A stretch of DNA of 64,000 nucleotides from IMG/VR virus record IMGVR_UViG_3300035698_028866, positions 1-64,000 of that record. One strand, given 5' to 3'. Made by a program: the position numbers and the translations under genes. Numbering within the stretch: position 1 is the stretch's first letter; every line of letters starts with the position of its first letter. The notes beneath the pieces were generated by a model, which was given only the letters and a program-made list of their open reading frames with translations, had not been told where the DNA came from and ran no database searches. The DNA is from a virus. Of this stretch, positions 11,760 to 22,516 are shown one piece after another.

Positions 11760-12707
11760 TTACGCTATGGTCGCTTTGGCAACACCGGTGATCTGCGCAA
11801 GCGACAAGCCCACGCACTCTTCGGCATACCACTCTATTTCGGAACCCTTGGCCTCCGGATAGATGGTAACGTCGTCCAGAATACAGAACCTACCAAGCTT
11901 GTTCGGTTCGGCGAACATATACAACTCGTTGTCCCCGACCAGATCGCGCTTGATGGTAATTATAATCCTGCGACCGTTAAACTTCATCTCTCCGAAACCA
12001 TTGGCAACAACCTCTTCCTTGAGCGTCATGCCCAGATCAAAGGCGTCCCAGGCCTCGAACTCCATTGCCGTGACCATGTTCATCACAACAGTTGACGGAA
12101 CAAATCGTGCGTCAGCTTTCGGCATGATCTGCATAGCGGACTTCCACGTGTTCGGCGTAAAGCCACCGCTGATGTTCTTCCACAGCGCGACATCAGTACC
12201 CGCCGCACTAATAGTAACCTCAGCAACACCGGAGCCACCAGAGAGCATACTGTCGATCGTAGCAAAGAGCCTGCGATCCTCATGTTCAAGGATTTCGTTC
12301 AGATCATTATCAGTCACGATCTGTCGGATATCGTTCTCATAGGTAAGCAACAGGTTCTTGTCTTTGGTGTGCTTGACGGTCTGAATCTTGTCAAACACCA
12401 CCATGTAGGTGTCACCTTCAAGCTCACGCGCTTCAGGTTCATGACCAAACGGGACCGTAACAGCATTCGCCGAGTCCGGTTCCTTCTCAAAAATCTTCAC
12501 AGGTTCCTCGAAACCATACTGTCTGTCGAGGTCTTCCGGAAGAATAGTGTCCGGAGGAACAAGCTTACGCGTAAGACCCTGCTCGCGAGACTTCACACGA
12601 ATATAATCGTTGAGTCCCTCGGCAGCCTCTTTGCGCATCTCCGGATCCGAAGAGCACAGGCCATCGATCACAACCTTGTTTTCCAATTTCCTGGTAGGAT
12701 CTTCCAT
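11760..12707 (-). CDS. Putative major capsid protein (HK97-fold)
   Basis: 315 aa at the end of a protease-scaffold-decoration series; EKEPDS..VPF, EILEHEDRRLF, C-terminal WYAEECVGLS; C-biased codons as in a highly expressed gene; KEA motif near N-terminus. Confidence 0.7.
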   Translation of the reverse strand: MEDPTRKLENKVVIDGLCSSDPEMRKEAAEGLNDYIRVKSREQGLTRKLVPPDTILPEDLDRQYGFEEPVKIFEKEPDSANAVTVPFGHEPEARELEGDTYMVVFDKIQTVKHTKDKNLLLTYENDIRQIVTDNDLNEILEHEDRRLFATIDSMLSGGSGVAEVTISAAGTDVALWKNISGGFTPNTWKSAMQIMPKADARFVPSTVVMNMVTAMEFEAWDAFDLGMTLKEEVVANGFGEMKFNGRRIIITIKRDLVGDNELYMFAEPNKLGRFCILDDVTIYPEAKGSEIEWYAEECVGLSLAQITGVAKATIA

Positions 12708-12761
12708 CTTTTTCTCCTTCTGGGTGATTAAAGCTCAACCACTAGTTAGAACTTCCGTCGC

Positions 12762-13286
12762 TTAGGAACGATTCGGAGAATCCCAAGCCAGCATGAGCTT
12801 CAGCACATTTCGGTTTTTGTCATAGTTAACGGAAGCAGGCGCAGTGACTACATAGCCGTAGATCCACTGCTCGCCGTTGTTGTCATTGAGGCGGAACTGC
12901 CCATCAGCCGTATTACAGGTAAGCTTAGCACCCGGGGTGTATGAGTCAGTCGTAATGTATTCGGTCGTAAGAACAACAGCGCCCGAACGCATAGGAATAC
13001 ACGAGATATACCCGTCTACACCACTGGAAGCCGCCCAGTAACCCGTCTGGCCCGAAGCAATCGCAGCAACACCACCAACGTCAGCGCATTCAACACCACG
13101 CGACGCAACAAACGGGAGATCCGTACCCGTAGCACCTTCGCGACAGTCACCAGCAGTACCCAAGTGACAGATACGCCCGGAATACAGCGTATCCTGTTCC
13201 GAAGTACTCACAGGGAGTCTTACACGAAGTTTCGAATCAATCTCTTCTCCGGAGGCAACCTCTAGAGAGTGAGTTCTAATAGACAT
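12762..13286 (-). CDS. Putative capsid decoration/cement protein
   Basis: 174 aa beta-rich, immediately upstream of MCP; TTEY...YTPGAKLT motif. Confidence 0.55.
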   Translation of the reverse strand: MSIRTHSLEVASGEEIDSKLRVRLPVSTSEQDTLYSGRICHLGTAGDCREGATGTDLPFVASRGVECADVGGVAAIASGQTGYWAASSGVDGYISCIPMRSGAVVLTTEYITTDSYTPGAKLTCNTADGQFRLNDNNGEQWIYGYVVTAPASVNYDKNRNVLKLMLAWDSPNRS

Positions 13287-13298
13287 ACTTTTCTCCTT

Positions 13299-13676
13299 TT
13301 AGCGCAAAGTACCAAAGTGACGCTGCCATACCTGCTCGCTCTCAGGAAGATCATCTTTTACAGATGCTTCCTTGTTCTGGGCCGAGCCGAGCGAAATGGG
13401 CATACGCTGAATCTGCGAGACAAGCCTCTGAAGCCCATCAAAGGCTGCCTTTTTTTGGTTAACAAGTTTGCCAACCAACTCATCCCGAGGCATGTCTATA
13501 AGACGTGCATCAAGCAGAACTTGGGCAGTCTTCTCAGCCTCAGCAACAACTTCGTTACCAAGCTGAGAGGTGAGCAATACACTCTGCTCATCAAAAAGCT
13601 CCTGAGCCTGTTTGCAAAACTCCTGCATTATGCCCAGAACCTTGAAGGTTTGCTCTTTGTTCTTGGTTTTCTTCAT
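13299..13676 (-). CDS. Putative scaffold-associated helical protein
   Basis: Between acidic scaffold and decoration genes; KQA/KTA/KAA/KEA motifs; RBS AAAGGAG supports start 13676. Confidence 0.6.
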   Translation of the reverse strand: MKKTKNKEQTFKVLGIMQEFCKQAQELFDEQSVLLTSQLGNEVVAEAEKTAQVLLDARLIDMPRDELVGKLVNQKKAAFDGLQRLVSQIQRMPISLGSAQNKEASVKDDLPESEQVWQRHFGTLR

Positions 13677-13693
13677 AGTTTCTCCTTTCAATC

Positions 13694-14806
13694 CTAGAGA
13701 CTCTTAAGAGCCTCAATGAGCAACTGAAGTTTAGCAGCGGTCTTGTCGTCTGCGTCCTTCATAGATTCCTCTAAAAGTGCAGGATCCTCTTCAGGAGCAG
13801 CTTCAAGCGCAGCTTCAGGCTCAGCTTCAGCTTCGAGCCCGGGCTCAGCTCCGCCCCCACCGATAGGTATACCGGCAGAAACTAGAACGTCAAGCAGTGC
13901 CTTCTCTTCGGGCGTAGTAGGTTCCTGCCCAGAGAGAAGCGCCTTAAGCATACCAATGAGCTCTTCAGCACTCACAACACCACCGCCACCAGCCGCTTCA
14001 GGACCAGGAGCCATAGGAGGAGCACCAGGAGCCGCCATCTCTTCAGGAGGCATCGGAGGCATCGGAGGCATAGCACCAGGCGCACTACCACCCATAGCTG
14101 CTAAAGCTTCCGGAGGAACGCCCATACCGGCTTGTTTGGTAGCCTGCATGAACCCATCGAAGTAGGAACAGAGCAGATCAGCGTCTTCATAGGCTTCTGC
14201 GGCCTTAGTCTGGAGAAAGTCGCCTATCTCCTTATTGGCCTGAACCTGAAGAAGAGCCTTGATCTCTTCAGACGCTTCCTTAGATGCCTCTTCGTCTTCG
14301 CTCTCTTCGTCAGAGTCCTCAACGTTTTCTACCTTGGCATCCTCTTCAGCGTCATCCTCTTCCTTTTCGATTTCATCCACAATATCTTCTACATCATCAC
14401 TTGCGCTCTCTTCGGAATCATCCATCTGTTCCGCAAGAGTTTCCATTGCACCAGCAAGTTTCTTACTGAGCTCAGAAATAGCGGCTTTCTTATCTTCAAC
14501 AGAACGCAAAGCCTTGTTCGTAATGTGGCCCGGACTTTCTGGGGGCAAGTTGGTCAGCGTAGTATTATACTCAAGACCGCTGTCAGGAACAGTGTCTCGC
14601 CGCTCTTCGTCAGAGTCCTTGTTTTCTTCAAGCTCTTCAGTAACAGCAGCAGGACCTTCCTCAACTTTCCTATCCACATTCTGTTCTCGGCTACGTTCTC
14701 CTAAAGGATATTCTCGGCCACCATCATCTATTCCGTCGGTAATAAACTCAGCTTTCTTCATGAGCAAGTCCCGTACGAAACCGAGCGTTTTTTCAGGATC
14801 AGCCAT
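13694..14806 (-). CDS. Putative head scaffolding protein (acidic, low complexity)
   Basis: D/E-rich tracts, Met/Pro-rich segment, many K-x-A motifs; directly after the protease gene. Confidence 0.65.
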   Translation of the reverse strand: MADPEKTLGFVRDLLMKKAEFITDGIDDGGREYPLGERSREQNVDRKVEEGPAAVTEELEENKDSDEERRDTVPDSGLEYNTTLTNLPPESPGHITNKALRSVEDKKAAISELSKKLAGAMETLAEQMDDSEESASDDVEDIVDEIEKEEDDAEEDAKVENVEDSDEESEDEEASKEASEEIKALLQVQANKEIGDFLQTKAAEAYEDADLLCSYFDGFMQATKQAGMGVPPEALAAMGGSAPGAMPPMPPMPPEEMAAPGAPPMAPGPEAAGGGGVVSAEELIGMLKALLSGQEPTTPEEKALLDVLVSAGIPIGGGGAEPGLEAEAEPEAALEAAPEEDPALLEESMKDADDKTAAKLQLLIEALKSL

Positions 14807-14835
14807 ACCAGTCTCCTTCTTAAGTTAACAAATAC

Positions 14836-14864
14836 AGTATAAATCAGTAAACATCGTCTGTCAA
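14836..14864 (-). promoter_or_regulatory. Sigma70-type promoter of the scaffold/capsid operon
   Basis: TTGACA-17 nt-TATACT; the -35 box contains the TGA stop of the protease gene. Confidence 0.8.
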
Positions 14865-16873
14865 GTAGAACTTGAAACAGCATTGGACAAAACTGAAAGA
14901 AACAAAGAACTATCTTGGTTCTCGCCCAAAGCGGAGAGAACATACCTTCCATACTCCTTGGCAAAAAGCTTGGCACGTTTGTTCGTGTCTTCTGGCTTCC
15001 CTCCCATTTTTCTCAGCTTAGGACTAGTAGGATACTCCATAAGTGACACAGCTACACGAGACATCAGGGCCTCTCCCTCAACAGAGAACGCCTGCTTGAG
15101 TGTCTCAGCCGCCTGTTTAATGTTATCTGGAAGAATTGTAAGGGGATCTGACTCGTAACGTCCTGCAGAAAGGAACTCGCTAAGGTCTTCCGTCTCTCGT
15201 ATGCAACTGAATACGTTAGGAAGAGCAGCCGAAGCCTCTTTCGCAAGCTCAGGTGCACCTAATAGCAAAAAGAAAGCGTCCGCGGGAAGAACTATGCTGG
15301 CTCGCTTCAATGCTGTAAATACTACACGAGGGCGCACCTTTTTGAGCTTATCGAGTGCGCTCTTCACACTATGCTCATTATGTATCCCGACTCTGTTATC
15401 CACGGCTCTAAGCATATCTTCCATAGGAGTCCCAGGAGAAAATCCCATAGCCTCTACTTCTTTCTCCATCTGGGACAGCTTTTGAAGCATTGCGATCTTC
15501 CTGCGCAGGTCGTCTTCGCCTATTGCAAGTAAGACCTCTTCGGGACAATGTATCTCCATTTCCTTTGCCAGAACGTGCCCCGGCTTCTCAAGATCAGAAA
15601 GACCAGCCACCTTGCCCAGACCATAGCCAATTCTATCAGCTTGGCGATAAACTCCAGACAAGTCAATGAACGTAGGTCTTTCGTTTACCATGATGACCTG
15701 ATGTCCGTTGTCTAGTATGGCTCCCGCATTTTTTTTGATATGCTCACAGTGGTCGCTCAGTTTTGGAGCTATATGCCCACAATAGGAACAATTATGGACG
15801 GCACAGCCTCCTGCGACGTAGCTCTCATCCTCTTCTACAGCCAGATTATAAACACTATGAGCTCCTGCAAGAGGAACAATGGACTGAATAGATTGATAAA
15901 TATAGTCATCAACTATAAAGTTTCGGAGACGACCACAGGCTTTCTTGCAGTCTTCAGCAATAACAGTAGGACAACAAACATAGTCCCCTATGGAAAGACT
16001 AGATAATGGAAGAAACTCTGGGTGAATGTTTGTTTCTTTACCACAAAAAGAACAAACCGAGGTATTATCAGCAAACGTATGCCTGCGTTTCTTTCCGCCT
16101 GCAGATCCGTGACAAGCTTCAAGAGGCTCTCTGTGCACTCCAAAAAAAGGATGATTATTAGTCACAGCAATTGGGTCGGGATTTCCATGAAGTTTTAGCC
16201 ATACAACTGGAGCCGTTCTCTGAAACTTCTTTGTAACTCTTCTAAAACGTCCTCTATGAGTTAAAACCTCGTCGCCAATTTGAACGTTTTCGATAGAAAC
16301 TAAGCCATCTCTAGTCTCTATTAGTGTTCCTGCGCCAAAACAAACGTCGTTTTGAACGTCAGCACTCATGGAGAACGGAGAAGGTTTTCCTGCTTCCATA
16401 TCTGAGAGCTCATCGCGCCAGTCCGCATCCTTGAGCCATGCTACGACCTCTACTCTTCCGCACTTATCATTATGGAGGGCGGAATGAATATCTCCCTTTG
16501 CGAACTTAGGATCTCTGTTCTTATGGTCCTTGTAGATCTTAGCAAACTTCTCAAAGGTCTTGTATCTTGTATCCAGAGCTTCCTTGACATTGTAGAAGGG
16601 ATTACCGTCCCTTGGGCTATCGATACGAACAGGACCTGCATGACCCGGAAAGCCGTCTGCGTTCTTGTTAGCCCCAAAGTGTTCGTAGTCGCCCATAGCT
16701 AGGACGAAGACGGGAGTGTATCCTGCACGCTTTCGAAGGTTTGTTCGTGCCTGGGTAAGAAAAGAGGCACGCTTCTCAAACTCTCCTGTATCAGGGCCCT
16801 TGGAGGAAATCTTAAGGATCTCCGCAGTAGGAAGACCGAAGTCAAAACCATCTGTGAAGCTTACTTTTATCAT
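14861..16873 (-). CDS. Putative prohead (capsid maturation) protease with intein
   Basis: GANKNADGF, IYKDH (His), FSMS (Ser), DV|CSYCG..CEH zinc motif, FIDLSGV..AD; position upstream of scaffold and MCP. Confidence 0.7.
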   Translation of the reverse strand: MIKVSFTDGFDFGLPTAEILKISSKGPDTGEFEKRASFLTQARTNLRKRAGYTPVFVLAMGDYEHFGANKNADGFPGHAGPVRIDSPRDGNPFYNVKEALDTRYKTFEKFAKIYKDHKNRDPKFAKGDIHSALHNDKCGRVEVVAWLKDADWRDELSDMEAGKPSPFSMSADVQNDVCFGAGTLIETRDGLVSIENVQIGDEVLTHRGRFRRVTKKFQRTAPVVWLKLHGNPDPIAVTNNHPFFGVHREPLEACHGSAGGKKRRHTFADNTSVCSFCGKETNIHPEFLPLSSLSIGDYVCCPTVIAEDCKKACGRLRNFIVDDYIYQSIQSIVPLAGAHSVYNLAVEEDESYVAGGCAVHNCSYCGHIAPKLSDHCEHIKKNAGAILDNGHQVIMVNERPTFIDLSGVYRQADRIGYGLGKVAGLSDLEKPGHVLAKEMEIHCPEEVLLAIGEDDLRRKIAMLQKLSQMEKEVEAMGFSPGTPMEDMLRAVDNRVGIHNEHSVKSALDKLKKVRPRVVFTALKRASIVLPADAFFLLLGAPELAKEASAALPNVFSCIRETEDLSEFLSAGRYESDPLTILPDNIKQAAETLKQAFSVEGEALMSRVAVSLMEYPTSPKLRKMGGKPEDTNKRAKLFAKEYGRYVLSALGENQDSSLFLSVLSNAVSSST
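15791..16342 (-). mobile_element. Mini-intein (184 aa) in prohead protease
   Basis: Starts CFGAGTLIET, block B TNNHPF, ends VYNLAVEEDESYVAGGCAVHN, +1 Cys; no LAGLIDADG motif. Confidence 0.92.
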
Positions 16874-18060
16874 GGGGACACTCCTTGGGCTTGTGCTAAG
16901 GAACTCTGTCTAAGCTTAACTTGAATCTTCATCGCTTTAGCTTGTTTCAAAAGAGCCTCAAGCCGCATAACCTTGCCTGTGAGATCAGGATAGTATTTCT
17001 GTGCAAAGTCAGGACGCATTCTGTCGAGATTGGATTTGGCCTCTGTGTAGTACGTATTCAATCCTGAAAGGGTCTCGTCTAACTTCGGATCCCAACTACC
17101 CATGGTCTTATTGTTCAAAATATCATTAGCAAGACGCACCCCAGAGTCTGCTGCAGCGCTAGACCTAGAAACTGACTGCTTCTCAACTAGTGATCTCTGT
17201 CCTCGTTTACCATTCTTTCTCGTCGCTTGCTCATAAGCCTGAACCATGTTAGGAGAAAGGTCAGTTCTGTTTTTCATGCGTCTAATATGATTCCAAATAG
17301 GAGAATAGAGCCCCTGATTCACTTCAATTAGGTCGTTTGATCTATAATTCCTGGCCATGTCGGCTATGACCTCCTTACGAAGAGGATCAACAGGATTGTT
17401 AAGATCATAATTATGGGCCCAAAGCTCTATCTCTGGCTGCATCTCCTTGATCTTCTTATTGTACTCTCGATTTAAAACGTATCCTGCCGCAAGGGGAGCT
17501 GCAACAAGAGTACCACCCCCCAAACCTAATGAACCCGCTCCGAGTGCAAACTTCGTACCTGCCCAACGAGTAACGGCTGGAATAGCAGTCTTTAACGCAA
17601 AATAAGACGCGAGTGCTCCTCCGATCAGAGGCCCATGCTTCTTCCCAAATGTTTTTGCTCTACCCATCATTGTATCTTCTGGAAGTGTGGGATCTCTTGT
17701 GAAAAGGTCCTGGATACCACCCTGCAGCTGAGGATAGAAGTAACCACCAGCTCCGCCTGCAGCTCCCCCAATAGCCATATTTCTGATATAGTCTGCCATA
17801 CCTGCGTTAGGATTCATCATAGCCATAAGCGCCCCACCACCGGCACCCAAAGCTGCTCCAGGAAGAACATTCTTGTTCGCCATAATCTTATCGATCCAAC
17901 TGCCTTCTGGATCATCAGGAGTAACTGGAGGAGTAGCTGGAGTCACAGGAGGAGTAGCTGGAGTCACAGGAGGATTTGTAACTCCCCCAGCCACCTTTAC
18001 CAGGTCGCAACGCTTTATCAGAAAGCTTTGAATGTTCTCCGTTGCATCTTTTCGCATCAT
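16870..18060 (-). CDS. Putative internal virion protein with leader, PPVTPAT repeats and glycine-rich hydrophobic segments
   Basis: Likely start MMRKD at 18060 (RBS AAAGGA); KVA-G site; GAALGAGGGAL...GGAAGGAGG segment. Confidence 0.65.
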   Translation of the reverse strand: MMRKDATENIQSFLIKRCDLVKVAGGVTNPPVTPATPPVTPATPPVTPDDPEGSWIDKIMANKNVLPGAALGAGGGALMAMMNPNAGMADYIRNMAIGGAAGGAGGYFYPQLQGGIQDLFTRDPTLPEDTMMGRAKTFGKKHGPLIGGALASYFALKTAIPAVTRWAGTKFALGAGSLGLGGGTLVAAPLAAGYVLNREYNKKIKEMQPEIELWAHNYDLNNPVDPLRKEVIADMARNYRSNDLIEVNQGLYSPIWNHIRRMKNRTDLSPNMVQAYEQATRKNGKRGQRSLVEKQSVSRSSAAADSGVRLANDILNNKTMGSWDPKLDETLSGLNTYYTEAKSNLDRMRPDFAQKYYPDLTGKVMRLEALLKQAKAMKIQVKLRQSSLAQAQGVSP

Positions 18061-18082
18061 AAGTCCTTTCGCAAACCTAAAC

Positions 18083-19528
18083 TTATCGATCTTTGCTTTC
18101 CTGCAGACGCCTGGCCTCATCTATCAGGGAGAGGGCCTGTGAGGGCTCCAAACGATACTGAGCAGCCATCATCTGTTGAAGAAGTCCAGAAAGAAGGGCC
18201 TTATGCTCAATAACATTAGGATAGAGCCTGGAAATCTCATTAAACGCATCCACTACATCTTCCGGGGGGTAATCTCTGAGAATTTCATCATGAGATAGAA
18301 TGGTGTTAAGAACAGCCTGTGTCTTTATCTTCATGATCTCATTCTCATGTTGCGGAGTGAACACGTCTGATCCAGATATACGTTCATTGTGCTCCTCCCT
18401 GTCGTCCATAGTGATATCGTGAAGAGCACCAGTAATAGCTTTTGCTTTTCTAAAGAAAGTAAGGGGCAGATTTTCAATACCTAATGGCTCCATGCTCTTT
18501 GAGGGTACTTCCTTTTTCGGTTTCTGCTCTTTCGGTCCAATTCGCTTCTCCTGCCCGGAAACATCCGACACGTTAAGTGCCAGAACATCCGCTTCCGGGC
18601 TAGAGGCTTTTTTTGATTGAGGTCTCGTGTCTATGCCGTAAAGGGAAAGAAAACGCTGTGCTACCCCAGGTGAATCCGTAAGGTCTATGATCTCCTGTGC
18701 AGCAGCCATCTTTTCCTGCCCGATCCTTTTTCTAGACTTCTCCAGCGTAATGATCTTCCTGCAGGTATCCACCCCTGATGCGATAGTTGCATAGGGAGAG
18801 GTAGCCATGTCTGTTGCAAGAATACCAGAAGACACACTGCCTCTCTTCTCAGCCCCAATATCTCTAGCCAGGGCTTCCATAAAGGCTGTAGAGATACTTC
18901 CAAGCTTGGCGAGAACCCTAGTCTCTACCTCTTCGAAGGCAGGAACAGAGGGAGCGCCAAGTTCTATAGCGGACTTGGACAGCTGGGAGAGAAGATCCCA
19001 CTTCAAGACACGTTCCTCAGCCTTACATGCTCGCTCTTCACGGGCTAGCTTCTCCAACGTATTTCTGCACTTCGCAGTCTTCAGATGAGTGGCTCTGGGG
19101 AACTCACTCGCTTTCTTCTCACCGAAGACATCATGGAGTGTAGGAGTCTCCAAAGACGCAGACTTACGAACGAAGTCTCCGGGATCTCTTCTGTAGAAAT
19201 CCTCAGCGGACACATCCAAAACACCAGCTTCCTTCTTGTAGATGCTGGCCAGAAGTTTCTCACCGTCTATTGCGTCTATGTCCACAACCTTATCGTCCAG
19301 GGCATCAGCACGCTTGATCTGCCCCAGCTGTAGAGAGGTGTTATAGCAGGATACGAGATGCTTCAGGTAGTCTGGAGAGAGATTCTCTTCTTCTGCCACC
19401 TTCACAATAATATCCTGCGCGGGTTCCTTTCCGATCACTCTAGACGCGACCTTCTTGACTGCGCGCATGAACTTTGTCCTGTTCTGAGGCGAGATCTTCT
19501 TAAGGTCTTTATCTGCGTTTTCTCTCAT
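18083..19528 (-). CDS. Putative virion protein, K-x-A-rich
   Basis: 481 aa helical protein with about 11 K-x-A motifs counted by eye. Confidence 0.7.
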   Translation of the reverse strand: MRENADKDLKKISPQNRTKFMRAVKKVASRVIGKEPAQDIIVKVAEEENLSPDYLKHLVSCYNTSLQLGQIKRADALDDKVVDIDAIDGEKLLASIYKKEAGVLDVSAEDFYRRDPGDFVRKSASLETPTLHDVFGEKKASEFPRATHLKTAKCRNTLEKLAREERACKAEERVLKWDLLSQLSKSAIELGAPSVPAFEEVETRVLAKLGSISTAFMEALARDIGAEKRGSVSSGILATDMATSPYATIASGVDTCRKIITLEKSRKRIGQEKMAAAQEIIDLTDSPGVAQRFLSLYGIDTRPQSKKASSPEADVLALNVSDVSGQEKRIGPKEQKPKKEVPSKSMEPLGIENLPLTFFRKAKAITGALHDITMDDREEHNERISGSDVFTPQHENEIMKIKTQAVLNTILSHDEILRDYPPEDVVDAFNEISRLYPNVIEHKALLSGLLQQMMAAQYRLEPSQALSLIDEARRLQESKDR

Positions 19529-20394
19529 TTTATGTCCTCTTCTGTGTCTTCGGTAAAGTCTGCATCCACGTAGTCCGGCAGGCCTTCTGGAAGCCTTCTG
19601 AATTCGTCCTTGGTTAAAAGATCTCCTTCGGCAGGCTCCATAGGTCTTATGTTCAGTTTGTCCATCATATCGTAAACGGCCTGGACTTCAGCAGACGCGG
19701 CCTCTGCTCTGTCCTTGCCCGCAACAAGCCCCATAGCTGCAACCTGTTGTGCCATAACACGCTCCAGAATACTAGGAGCAGACGATCTGGAAACTTTCTC
19801 GCTAAACGTGGCAGTGAGGCTCTTTCGGAGTTCCTTCTGCCCGATGAGATTGACAACGAGTCTAGCCGCCACTGTGTTGGACTCTGTGTTGAAGAGATAG
19901 GACTTGAGTACTTCCCATCCACCGAAGAATCCTACGAGCTTCCATATGTCCTGCTCATCTACCTCTTCCCTGTCACTGAGAACAGACGGCACTAGATTCC
20001 CTATGAAGCATCCCTCAGTATTCAGATTTTCCCTGATGTTGAAGAAGAGTGTCTCATACATACTGATAACGTCTTCGGGAGTGTTCAGGGCTTTGCTGAG
20101 CTCTTTTGCTGTAGCTCCTGCAAAGACACCAGCCTCAAGAACATACTTACGCTTATCAGCAAGGTCGTTTCGAAGAGCAACCGCCTTATGAACTAAGGGA
20201 TATTCCCCCTCTACCAGGTTCACATCCCGCATAGCACCCTTCGTAGACTCCTGAGTATACAAATAGCTCAGGAACAGATTCACGCCTGTATTTCCCCTGG
20301 GATCTATAGTGCGTTTTCGTCTAAAGAGGTCCCGTGCCCGTCTGTAGATGTAGTCGGGAGTACTGACGGCTAAATTTTGAAGCGTAACGGGCAT
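19525..20394 (-). CDS. Hypothetical protein (possible HTH: ATAKELSKALNTPEDVISMYE)
   Basis: 289 aa, coupled to both neighbours. Confidence 0.65.
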   Translation of the reverse strand: MPVTLQNLAVSTPDYIYRRARDLFRRKRTIDPRGNTGVNLFLSYLYTQESTKGAMRDVNLVEGEYPLVHKAVALRNDLADKRKYVLEAGVFAGATAKELSKALNTPEDVISMYETLFFNIRENLNTEGCFIGNLVPSVLSDREEVDEQDIWKLVGFFGGWEVLKSYLFNTESNTVAARLVVNLIGQKELRKSLTATFSEKVSRSSAPSILERVMAQQVAAMGLVAGKDRAEAASAEVQAVYDMMDKLNIRPMEPAEGDLLTKDEFRRLPEGLPDYVDADFTEDTEEDIK

Positions 20395-20395
20395 C

Positions 20396-22414
20396 TTAGC
20401 GCCTTACAAGGGGAAGATCGTTGGTCGAGGTTATCTTCTCTCTAACCTTGAGGATAATCTTACCTACGAGATCGAACGCGCTCCTTAGCATGTCTTCGAG
20501 CTCTGAAAGGTCGTCCGCTCCGTAGTCTTCCTTCAGTTTCGGGTAATTCCAGTAGATCGTAAAGAGCATACGTCCCATAGCATCGAGTGCGCCGAGTAAC
20601 TTGCCTAGCTTCTGTCCCAAAATGCGACTCTCGTCCGTAGAGCTCAACATGGCAGAAAGACCAGCTACGTCTACTACTTCATTCTGGCCCTGGTCGATAG
20701 CCTGTTGTGCAAGCTGAACAGCCTGCTGAGCTCCTGGATCCTGAGGCATCTCCGAAGGCATTTGCATGGGCATGGGCATTCCACCGGCAGGCATTCCACC
20801 GGCGGGCATTTGCATAGGCATACCCTGCTCCATCATACCTGCACTTTTCACAAGGTAGGTGATACTCCCTCGGTCCTTTGCAGATTTCAGCATGTCAAGA
20901 GAATCAGACTCAGTCAATTGCATACCTTCTACAAGAGCCTTGAGAGCTTCAACGTGACGGCATGGAGTCTTAGTAATATCAATGGATGCAGACTTGAGCA
21001 GATACCCGGAAGATGCTGACTTTATCGTAACGAGTTTTCCCCTGCTAGTCAGAAGAGCTTCGGCGCTATACTTGTCAAGCACCGGAACCTCCCCTTCCTT
21101 AACAACCTTATACCTGAAGGTGCTAGGGATAACATAACGCTTTTCACGTGTGGAAAAATCGTAACCTCCCTTAGGACAGTAACCTACATCCCCGAGGACA
21201 ACAAGCTTACCTTTAGACTCTGTGATCGTAGCATTGGTGGAGTCATCTAGTATAAGATCTATCTGACCATCCTTCCTTCTGATAATGCTAGTCAACGTCA
21301 CAGGTCCAAGACAGCTTCCGATTCTAGGGCTAACGAAAACAACAGTCTGCCCTTCTTTGAAGCCCTTGTCCTCGGGAAGGGAGGAATAGAACTCATCCCA
21401 TCGTGACTGTGCAACGCTATCAGGATCGTTTAAGGCGTAGAGTGCTTCACGAACTCGCTTGAACGCTCCGCTATCCAAATCTACTATAGTGCTTATTCTT
21501 AGGCCAGGATCTACCTCTTCCCCAGTCTTCTTGTTGGTGAGCACCAGGTATTCTTTCACATCATGATCATAGGTGATAAGCTTGAAGATCCCTGTATAAC
21601 CAGGAGTCTGAAGATTAAGCTTCCCTGCTTCGAGAGCTCTTGCAACCTGAGCGCTCTTCCTGTTATCCCGTACCACGTATTTCTTCTGAACAAAACTAGC
21701 ACGTTCATCATCGGAAAGGTCAGGACTAGCAGTGATGAGAACCTCTACTTCAGCGGACTTCGTGGAACAGTTAAAGCCGCCCGAGTCCTCTTCAAGCACT
21801 ATCTCCATATCGTGTCTGGGACGGAGCCTTTCCACCGCGTTGTCTATTCTGGATGCAAAATGCTCGGCCAGGCGTGTATCAGAGGCCATGACACGGAGGA
21901 GGGCAGACTTCGCGTTGTTATCTGCAGAGTCTATGAAGTCATTCCAGTCAATTTCAAAGCTCTCTGCATTCTTGACGGAGCCGTTTATAGCTTCTATGGC
22001 ACTCTTGACAGTTCCACTTCCCGTGCCACCGCCGCCAAAGTCATTATCGAACACCTTCAGGTCGGGGAATGAAGTCTCGTTGTCACTTACAGTAGATACG
22101 TCCCCAAGAATAACAGGGTCCTTTGACAGGATGTAGTTGACCCACTCCTCATCAAATGGAACAACAAGATTTCTGTCCTTAAGGAAAAGAAGCTCTTCTC
22201 CCTTGGGCTCACCGTCTACGTAAAATAGAGGGGCCAGGAGCCAAAGGTCATCCTTAACCTTAAACACCCGCACACCTACAGTTTTCTCTTCGTCTTCGTC
22301 GTTTTCTATAATCTGAAAGCCGACATTGTAGTCCTTGTAAAGTGCGGGAGCCGCCTCTCTCCGTACAGCGCTGTCTATCTGCGCCAGATCCTTCTCAATC
22401 TGTACATTTGGCAT
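20396..22414 (-). CDS. Putative virion protein, KSA-rich
   Basis: 672 aa; eight KSA motifs; Met/Pro-rich segment. Confidence 0.7.
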   Translation of the reverse strand: MPNVQIEKDLAQIDSAVRREAAPALYKDYNVGFQIIENDEDEEKTVGVRVFKVKDDLWLLAPLFYVDGEPKGEELLFLKDRNLVVPFDEEWVNYILSKDPVILGDVSTVSDNETSFPDLKVFDNDFGGGGTGSGTVKSAIEAINGSVKNAESFEIDWNDFIDSADNNAKSALLRVMASDTRLAEHFASRIDNAVERLRPRHDMEIVLEEDSGGFNCSTKSAEVEVLITASPDLSDDERASFVQKKYVVRDNRKSAQVARALEAGKLNLQTPGYTGIFKLITYDHDVKEYLVLTNKKTGEEVDPGLRISTIVDLDSGAFKRVREALYALNDPDSVAQSRWDEFYSSLPEDKGFKEGQTVVFVSPRIGSCLGPVTLTSIIRRKDGQIDLILDDSTNATITESKGKLVVLGDVGYCPKGGYDFSTREKRYVIPSTFRYKVVKEGEVPVLDKYSAEALLTSRGKLVTIKSASSGYLLKSASIDITKTPCRHVEALKALVEGMQLTESDSLDMLKSAKDRGSITYLVKSAGMMEQGMPMQMPAGGMPAGGMPMPMQMPSEMPQDPGAQQAVQLAQQAIDQGQNEVVDVAGLSAMLSSTDESRILGQKLGKLLGALDAMGRMLFTIYWNYPKLKEDYGADDLSELEDMLRSAFDLVGKIILKVREKITSTNDLPLVRR

Positions 22415-22454
22415 TTGTCTCTGTTCCTTAAAGGACGTGCCGGTTCATAAGTAA

Positions 22455-22483
22455 ATTTTACACTGCATAAGTCCACACGTCAA
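22455..22483 (-). promoter_or_regulatory. Sigma70-type promoter
   Basis: TTGACG-17 nt-TAAAAT. Confidence 0.75.
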
Positions 22484-22489
22484 GCAAAT

Positions 22490-22512
22490 ATTGCCTAGTC
22501 CCCTATATTGGT
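22490..22512. repeat. 23-bp direct repeat, copy 1
   Basis: attgcctagtcccctatattggt, identical to 23098..23120. Confidence 0.95.
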
Positions 22513-22516
22513 AATT